A stretch of DNA of 64,000 bases from assembly GCA_946965045.2 (NCBI GenBank), contig OX337228.1, positions 3,968,001 to 4,032,000 of the forward strand, written 5' to 3'. The translations under genes and the position numbers were made by a program. The notes below the pieces were generated by a model, which searched no databases, was not told where the DNA came from, and saw only the letters and a list, made by a program, of their open reading frames with translations. This document shows positions 56,072 to 64,000 of the stretch, one piece after another. Origin of the DNA: Epithemia pelagica (taxonomy: Eukaryota; Protista; Bacillariophyta). Each line of letters begins with the position of its first letter. Position 1 is the stretch's first letter.

Positions 56072-56667
56072 GGTCCAAGTTGCGTCAGTCAATGGGAAAT
56101 GGGAATGAAGAAAAAATCTTTCCCAGGGAGATCGCGAAAATAATCCGTGACCCGTGACCCATATTATTAACGACACGTACTCAAGACCCAAGACTGGGCA
56201 AGGCGTTCCCATTCCCGCAGCGCACACCGCTCAATCGATGAGCGGTTGCCGTAGACACAATAACCGACGAAGCTCAGACGAAAAAGGTTAAGCCCCAGCA
56301 GACTGAAGGCAAGTCAATTGATGATACCTCTTTATTTCAATCGAAATCTTTGATGACAAAGGTTGTACGCTGTCATCAATCCCCAAGGTAACACGGAGGC
56401 ATCAACGCTCCTCTACACGCACAACCAAACCACCGACCGAGGGTCGATCTGAGTGATCGAAAGGAGGAGCGACGAAGATCCAAGAGATCCCATTGAACCT
56501 CCAATTTGTAGTGTGAGCTACTGAAGTGCTGCAGAGGTTTGTTCAAGAGAGTTTCAATCAAGTGATTGTTCGGCTTCCCACTTAAATTGTGGTGAACCAA
56601 GATTAGTGGACCGGTAGTAGCGCTCAGAAGGTTGTGGATCAGTTAGAGACTCGAAAGAACACACATC

Positions 56668-57867
56668 ATGGTAGGTTTGGATTTTCCTTCGAACGTCACG
56701 TGTAGGCATACTTCTCACTCGTCTTCGTCTTTTAGTCTGCCAACTTCTTTGCTGCATTAGACGACTCTGACGACGAGGCAGCTGCTCCTGCTCCCGCCAA
56801 ACAGGCTCCTGCCAAGCAGGAGACCAAGGCTCCCGCAAAATCCGATGATCGGTAAGAACAATCCCGCCTGTCAATCAGCTTTACCGGGACTGGTGATGTT
56901 TCCCAGTTTCTGGATAAGGTTTCCTCCTCTCATCTTTTGTTTTCTATTTGCTATGCATAGGCGGAAACCTGCTCAAGGCGGAGGCGGTGGCTCGCACAGT
57001 GGCCGACACAATGCCAATCGCAACACCAAGTATGGTCGTGGAGGACCTCCACCACAAAGGGAAGGAAAGCGTCAATATGATCGTCGCAGTGGAACGGGTC
57101 GTGGAAGAGAGATCAAGAAGGATGGTGGGGGTGCTCACAATTGGGGTTCGAATGCCAACGAAGCACGGTCCAATGAAGGTGTCGTCGATGAGGAAAACCC
57201 TGAAACAACAACGGAAGGTGCACCCAAAGAAGATGCGGCAGCCACTGATGAAACAGGTGGGGAGGAAGTGGAACCAGAGCCTGAACCGGAACCAGAACCC
57301 GAAGACAACACTCAGACTTACGAAGAGTACATGCAGATGATGAAGGAGCAAGGAGCAACTGGTAACCTTAAACCTGTCAAAGAACGTGAGGTTGATAATG
57401 AGTTTGCCAATGTGAAGGAGAAAAAGGCTGTCGAAGAAGACTTCCTTGTAATGGGTGGCGGAAAAGAGAAGAAAGTAAAGAAACAAAAAGACAAGGGTGG
57501 AGCTGACGTTGAAGTAGGATTCCGCGCTGGAGGCGAAGGAGGAAGCAATTATCGAGGTGGTGAAAGAGGTCGTGGACGAGGCCGCGGAGGAGGCAGGTTT
57601 GATGATCGAGACGGTGGAGGTCGAGGATGGAGGGGCGATCGCGAGGATGGTGGTGGCCGCGGACGAGGCCGTGACGATCGGGACTTCGATGGAGAAGGTG
57701 GAAGGGGACGTGGACGAGGTCGTGGACGCGGGAGATTTGAAGGAGGAGGACGTGGTGGTAGATTCGAAGGCCGCGGTGGACGTGGTCGAGGTCGTGGACG
57801 GGGACGTGGCAGAGGATCCGGGGATCTGAATGTCAACGATGAGCATGATTTCCCCTCTCTTGGTTGA
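56668..57867 (+). CDS. SERBP1: HABP4/SERBP1/Stm1-type mRNA-binding protein with RGG-rich C-terminus
   Basis: Exons 56668-56670 (ATG), 56736-56851 (SANFFAALDDSDDE) and 56961-57867. KRQYDRRSGTGRG..KKDGGGAHNWGS, TYEEY, RGG tract and DFPSLG. Confidence 0.85.
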
Positions 57868-58224
57868 GATCGATAGATCTTAGAAAGAGAAACAGCATAC
57901 ATTGTTAGTCGGTCTGAAACAATTAAACAAGAAACAAACTTATCTGGTTGTGTTGTGGTCTCATGTGCTCCTTCTCTTGCACCCCTCCTATGAACTACGC
58001 CTATGAAGACAACAAGCTAAAATTGAAAACCGAGACTGCCATAGTTCATAGAGGAAAACGCAGTCGCTACCCGACCGCACGATAGACGCACAAAATGTCT
58101 AGCGCCCGCGAAATGTAGGCGATTTGCGAATTGCGAAATTGTTCCGCGTATCCTGTCCTCGCACGATCTGCCGGGCCAATACCGAAATCGACAATGAGAG
58201 GTAATGGTATGGTGGGTTTTCCAT

Positions 58225-61046
58225 GAGTTACTTGCCAGTCCCCCAGAAAAGTCCTTCGCTTTCTCAAGACTTATCTAGATCTGCCCAGGTCATGACTCTT
58301 AACGATGGTAGAAGCATGGAGGGCAACACAAAGGGTGCTCGTCCAGTCGAAGAATCGTCTCGGACAGGGACAACTGCTGTGTCCTCGCGCTTCGGACGAA
58401 CGACATCGGCGCCATCCTCCTTTTCAGTTTCCGAGCTCAAGTTCTCCGAAAAGCTCAGTATCATCTCGGGAAAGTCTTTGTGGTTCTTAGCAGACCTGCC
58501 GAGACTCAAAATTCCTTCCATTCGAGTGTCCGATGGACCCCATGGAGTACGAAAACCCATCAAAGACTTGTCCCTTCAGCGTTCGTTCCCTGCGACATGC
58601 TTCCCTACAGCCGCTGCGATAGCGTGCAGCTGGGATCCGAATGTTGCCAAAGCAGTAGGACGTGCGTTACGGGTCGAATGTATCTACTACAATGTCCACG
58701 TCCTATTGGGGCCAGGAGTAAGTATGCTGCATGCTTGAGTTCGTGGAGACTTTATGTGTCTCATCTTTTTTGTTGCGTCGGTTCACTGTTGATAGATGAA
58801 TTTGAAACGACATGGTTGTGGTGGCCGAAACTTTGAATACTTCTCAGAAGGTAAGTGACTTTACCAATATCTTTGTTTCTATGATTTCATCGATCGTTAT
58901 ACTCCTTACATCAATTCTTTGTCAACGAAAAGACCCATACCTTACAGGGAAACTTGCCACTGCCTATATTCAGGGAGTTGAAGCAACTGGACAAGTGGCA
59001 GCCTGTGCGAAACATTTTGCTGTAAATAATCAGGAATCACATCGCTTCGTCGTGGATGCTGTGGTAGACGAGAGAACATTGCGAGAAATGTATCTTCGAC
59101 ATTTTGAAATGGTTGTCAAGGAAGCGAACCCTCGAACGATGATGTGTGCGTACAACAAAGTCAATGGACATTATTGCTCGGAGCATGTACGCCTTAACAA
59201 GGAGATATTACGAGACGAATGGGGATATGACGGGGTTCTCATGTCTGATTGGGGTGCAGTCAATGACCGTGTTGCTGGAATCAAAGCACAGTTGGATCTC
59301 GAAATGCCTGGCTCGCATGGAGTCCATAATCGCGAAATTCGAGGTGCCCTGGAAGACGGAACCCTGACCGAAGCCGAGATTGACACGTGCGCTCAACGTG
59401 TATTGACACTAGTTGAACGAATGCTGGAAAGCAATGAAGAAACCTTGGGAGAGCCCAGGTTTCAACAGATAAGTTGGCCTGCTCAGCATGATGTCGCCAA
59501 AAACGCAGCTCTTGAATGCGCTGTTTTACTCAAAAACAAGGACAACTTCTTGCCACTGGATCCCAATTCTGTTTCATCCGTCGCCGTGATTGGTGAATTC
59601 GGAAAGACCTCTCCTCGTTACCAGGGAATGGGCAGTAGCCATGTGAATGCAGAATGGGTTCGTGCGGCTTATGATGAAGTCTTTCGATTCTGCGACAATA
59701 TTTCCTTTGCGCGGGGCTATGATGTAGATGAAGAAAGTGTTCATGACACTGATACAGAACTAATTCAAGAAGCAGTTGAGGTTGCAAGAACGGCTCATGT
59801 TGTTATTTTATGTGTTGGGCTACCTGAAATTATTGAATCGGAAGGATTTGATCGTCCTCATATGCAAATGCCCGCTCAACACTGTGCATTAGTGACAGAA
59901 ATTGCGCGAGTGAATCCCAATTTGGTTGTCGTTCTGAGCAATGGTGCTGCGGTCGAGATGCCCTGGATCGATTCGCCGGCGGCAGTCTTTGAGTGCTTTC
60001 TTCTCGGAGAGGCAGGAGGTGCGGCAGTAGTGGATATGATTTTCGGGACTGTTAGCCCGTGTGGAAAACTTGCCGAAACAATACCTTTGAAACAGACGGA
60101 TGCCCTGGCCGATTCTTATTTTCCTGGAACAAGAGACACAGTGGAATACCGAGAGGGCCTTGATGTGGGCTACCGTTTCTTCAACTCCGCAAACAAGGAT
60201 GTACAATATCCGTTCGGTTATGGCTTGACCTACACGACATTTGAGTACAGAGACCTCCAGATAAATATCCTTGCCGATGAAGTACGCTCAAAACATATAG
60301 AGCTCACTCTGAACGTAACAAATACAGGTGACATGTCGGCCAAAGAAGTTGTCCAGTGCTATATTCACCAAATTAATCCTTCTGTTCACCGAGCTGCTCA
60401 GGAACTGAAAGCTTTTGACAAAATCTTCTTGAATCCAGGGGAGACAAAGGAAGTCATCATGACGCTCGATTTTGATGCATTTTCATTTTATGACATTGGA
60501 GTTCGTGATTGGGTCGTTGAACCAGGGGCCTTTGAGATTCAGATTGGCTGTAGCAGCAGGGACATCCGGTTGACTGAGACGATTCAGTTTCAAAACGGTC
60601 AGCAAGCATCGGAAGAAGCTCGGAAAATGTATCCGCCTCGTTCCAATGGAATGATGCAGGACATTGATGATGATACCTTTGATCGCCGATTTCACCACAG
60701 GTCTAGCTCTGCCCTCTCATCCCAATCGTCGGAATCCAGTTTCCACCGAAACTCGCTGTTGAAAGAGGTGGCTGCCACGACGACTCTGGGCAAGTTGTTG
60801 ATGTGGTTCGTTTGGAAGGGCGCATGTTCAGACGTGAAACCCGGCCCAACGATGGAAAGAGACAAGCGAATACTCGAAGCTGCTGTGAAAAATTTGCCGC
60901 TTCGAACCATGGTTTTATTTGCTGGAGGGAACCTTTCTTTTGAGTTAATGGATGCCATGATAGAATCGATGAATGGCGAGTTCTTCAAAGCTCTTTGGTT
61001 GTATCTAATCGCATTCACTCCATTCCGCAAGAAAGCCACTAAGTAG
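58225..61046 (+). CDS. Glycoside hydrolase family 3 beta-glucosidase with Fn3-like domain
   Basis: Exons 58225-58717, 58796-58850 and 58933-61046 (GT-AG introns). SDGPHGVR, LGPG-MNLKR-GRNFEYFSEDP, KHFAVN, MSDWG nucleophile, YREGLDVGYR and YPFGYGLTYT. Start codon uncertain. Confidence 0.9.
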
Positions 61047-61175
61047 ACTACAGAGTAGACTACAGGAGTGATCATTTTATAAACTGTACCAATTGATGTT
61101 TGAAAGTCTCTCCTTTGTGCCTATGTCCCAAAGTCTTCCTACAAACATGAAACCAAAAGTGCGCCGAGACTCACC

Positions 61176-62837
61176 TCAGACGCGCTGATTACCACCAGGG
61201 ACTTTGGTGGGCTTTGACCACCTCCGAAAGTCTTCATTGCTCCTCAAACTTAAACGATCACTGAACAGTAAACGAAACATTTTCTTGTTCATTGTGCCAC
61301 GCCCGCTATAGCTTCCGATGAACTTGATCCATTCCGTTTGTTCTTCCGGGTGGTCTCTCGCGTAAGAAGTGCCAGGTTTGAGGTGCAATTCCGAATACCA
61401 TGGCATTCCAATAGAATCGGTCGTCCCATGTCTCATTTTGTACAAGGATTGTGCCCTGTCCAGAGGTAAACAGAACGACAGAATCCTAACGAGTCGGCGT
61501 GTCTTGAAAACACAATCAATGGCTTGTTCAAATTCTTCACTGTAGCCAAAGTTTTCCCATTCTTTAACCATGTCGTAAAGAAGATCCAAGCAATCCTTCC
61601 GGTACTTGTTCAGGGCTTTGGTGCGTTTGTCCTCGGGGTCTTTCTGAAGAGTTGTATACACTTCTTTTGCCCAATCTTCAAGGTTCTTTGATCCTCTATC
61701 TTTATCCATTCTCTCCAAAGCATCCTGAATCTCTGCAGTATTATATCGGTGCACGTATACCTTCACCACGGCGTCTGGATCTCCGAGGTCCCGTTTGATA
61801 CGCTTTGGATTTTGGTGCTCAAACTGTGCGAGCTGTTCATGCGGGAAGGTCGAGCCAGCGAATTCGTGACTAATGGAGGAGATCGCAGTTGCAGAACTAC
61901 TGACTGTTCGAGGCGCCTCAACAGAATTAGGCCATTCGCTGGAGCGAGCTACGGGTGGTTGAGTGATGTGATTTTTCTCCGTCAGTGGCATGGAAAGAGG
62001 TACATTTGGTTGAACCATTGGTGGTACAGAATGGACGGTTGAAGTAACAGCAGCTGGCTGAGTCATCATGGTCGGTACAGTCTGTGACATTGTCAATCCG
62101 TTTGATGGAGGTGGGCCACCCTGAGACATTGTCAACCCGTTTGATGGAGGAGCGCCACCCTGAGACATTGTCAACCCGTTTGATGGAGGTGGTCCACCCT
62201 GAGTCATAGTCAATCCGTTTGATGGAGGTGGTCCACCCTGAGTCATGGTCAATCCGTTGGCTGGAGGTGGGCCACCCTGAGTCATGGTCAATCCGTTGGC
62301 TGGAGGTGGGCCACCCTGAGTCATGGTCAATCCGTTGGATGGAGGTGGGCCACCAGCTTCTACCTGAAGCTGTTTCCGAACATCCTCCAAGGCTCGCCGC
62401 AGTGGCCATTCGAGATTTTTCTTGAGACTTCCAATATTTTCAGTAATATCCTTGAAGCTTGATTCCTCCCAGTTACTCTCATTAAGCCTTTTCTTGGGTT
62501 CCAAATTAGGTTTCCAAATGCGGAAGCGGGACCCTTCGACACCGCTTGTCGCTTCTGCTACTGTGTTCGCCAGCTCAATCACATCCGACACCTCCGCTCT
62601 AACCTTGCACTGGCCGGATCCGTGCGTTCCACTTAAAGCCGTAATCTTTCTGCGAAAATGGTCTCGTGCAACCTTGCGAAACATTTCGTTGTGACCGCAA
62701 GGATCGAAATTGGCACAGCCGCAGAGAAAATGATAATCATTCGGAAAGGTCTTTCGAATCATGGCTCCCATGATATCGCCCGCCTCCTCCTCGTACTTCG
62801 ATTCCTTTGACCGGTCGAATTTCACATCCTTGTCCAT
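61176..62837 (-). CDS. Hypothetical protein with possible divergent DUF6824-like N-terminus and an internal 13-aa tandem repeat
   Basis: Long uninterrupted ORF; probable ATG near 62837 (MDKDVKF). FLCGCANFDPCGHNEMFRK segment; no confident family assignment. Confidence 0.6.
   Translation of the reverse strand: MDKDVKFDRSKESKYEEEAGDIMGAMIRKTFPNDYHFLCGCANFDPCGHNEMFRKVARDHFRRKITALSGTHGSGQCKVRAEVSDVIELANTVAEATSGVEGSRFRIWKPNLEPKKRLNESNWEESSFKDITENIGSLKKNLEWPLRRALEDVRKQLQVEAGGPPPSNGLTMTQGGPPPANGLTMTQGGPPPANGLTMTQGGPPPSNGLTMTQGGPPPSNGLTMSQGGAPPSNGLTMSQGGPPPSNGLTMSQTVPTMMTQPAAVTSTVHSVPPMVQPNVPLSMPLTEKNHITQPPVARSSEWPNSVEAPRTVSSSATAISSISHEFAGSTFPHEQLAQFEHQNPKRIKRDLGDPDAVVKVYVHRYNTAEIQDALERMDKDRGSKNLEDWAKEVYTTLQKDPEDKRTKALNKYRKDCLDLLYDMVKEWENFGYSEEFEQAIDCVFKTRRLVRILSFCLPLDRAQSLYKMRHGTTDSIGMPWYSELHLKPGTSYARDHPEEQTEWIKFIGSYSGRGTMNKKMFRLLFSDRLSLRSNEDFRRWSKPTKVPGGNQRV
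62082..62354 (-). repeat. Coding tandem repeat, 7 x 39 bp (GG[P/A]PP[S/A]NGLTM[T/S]Q)
   Basis: 273 bp equals 7 units, read directly in DNA and protein. Confidence 0.95.
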
Positions 62838-63445
62838 AGTGTTGAGTGTAGCTTGTTGATCTGTGTTGATGATATGAATAAGATCTGCTTGCATCTCGTT
62901 GCGAGCTGTTGCAACTTGCCTGTCGTTCTTGATGAGCTGCAGCGTTTCTCGCTGCTCTTCTCGTGTGTGTGGTCAATGGTCAGGTGTTTGCTGCAAATTC
63001 ATCTACAACAGATTCCGTGCTCCGTGCTGCAACGACGGGTTGACGTTTGACGTTCACGAGCACCAGACTTGCGGCAGGTTGCAACTTTCGGGACTCGAGA
63101 AATACACGACCGGTTGCGCTACCTTTGCTAGGTACTCTACTCTCTACTTCTCAGTCTATGGAGAGTAAAGCTAGAGCGGAGTAGCTAACTCTAGCTAGTG
63201 AGAAAGAGACAAGCTCAGCAAATCTCTCTACGAAATTCATTGCAATGTCATTGCACCAATTCCAGTAGTTCTTGAAATAACATACTCCTACTCTAACCAT
63301 ATCATATGCTCAGAGGAGAGAGAGATATGGCTGGACATTGAGGGAAACTGGTGACATTTGGAAAGGAGTTGACGAGGCGGCGAGTTGTTCCAAACAAGGA
63401 GTTCGGATCTTCCACTTTTACTATGAAAACTCCTCGATCAAGATA

Positions 63446-63612
63446 GCTGTTCCAACTTCCAACATGTTCATCCATTGGTTATTGGTTTGACTTTGACCGA
63501 ATCCACTATAGTTCAGATCTTCCGCTTTTACCTGTACGAAGACTTGCCGTCTTGGCACGATCAATATTGCTGTTCCAACATGTTCATCCATTGGTTTGCC
63601 TTTGAATCCACT
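63446..63612. repeat. Imperfect direct repeat pair
   Basis: GCTGTTCCAAC(TTCCAAC)ATGTTCATCCATTGGTT...GAATCCACTA occurs at about 63446-63509 and 63568-63612. Confidence 0.75.
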
Positions 63613-64000
63613 ACGTGAATGAGCTACCTCTAGGACCAAGGACATCACTCCATTCTCCATCCTCGATCCTCGCAGTCGTGTGAGAAGTGAGAAGGGCGAA
63701 TATCCGTGGGTAGTGCTGCGCGCCAAGCGCCGAACCAAAACCACCAAACGCATGACATTGACATGCTGTCGAGTGACGGTCGCAAGACCGTCGTTCTATC
63801 TCATTGCGAACGAGCTTCTTTCCGATCGGCGATCAACTACTTATGTTCCCGATTGTTCGTAGAGACCTCACGACTTATTCCTGTCACTTCCTGTAAATTC
63901 CCTTCTGGCTTGGATTCGATTCTCTCCTACAGGAAATAGACAATATCTTGTTGCCGTCTGTAGTTTTGAACCCTCAGTTGTAATGTAGAAAGTTCTAGGG

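Noticed and set aside
1-64000. rRNA, tRNA genes or a prokaryotic/viral insert
   Set aside because: No cloverleaf or rRNA-like segments were recognised, and genes throughout have spliceosomal introns and eukaryotic targeting signals.

Overview
Gene-dense eukaryotic nuclear DNA, most likely from a pennate diatom. The basis is short GT-AG introns (about 60-110 nt), bipartite signal-peptide-plus-Phe plastid presequences and diatom-type DUF6824-like genes; the species cannot be determined from the sequence. The window holds about 33 host genes, including SIN3 (5' part), GRASP, glutaredoxin, RPS3A, a plastid aminotransferase, a PHO84-like transporter, a PILS-like carrier, MAP65, PPOX, FAD4, SQD2, two AlkB-family dioxygenases, a gamma-CA-like subunit, NUP62, ECHS1, PRP19, a bestrophin-like channel, PFDN4, an MsrA-like protein, SERBP1-like and a GH3 glucosidase. 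Two non-LTR retrotransposons are present. One is a 5'-truncated RT+RNase H LINE (Ambal-like, about 6.4-11.2 kb, +). The other is an apparently full-length CRE-like element with zinc fingers, RT and a restriction-like endonuclease (42.7-49.9 kb, -), lying about 21 nt upstream of the NUP62 start codon. No rRNA, tRNA or CRISPR array was seen. The most notable observations are: (1) the CRE-like insertion, whose candidate ends form a GT...AG unit that would restore the NUP62 leader if spliced; (2) its large unassigned N-terminal domain; (3) all three in-frame stops in the two elements are TGA; (4) a head-to-head FAD4-SQD2 pair with a TGATTC-rich shared promoter; (5) a bestrophin motif hidden in a different frame from the ORF track.
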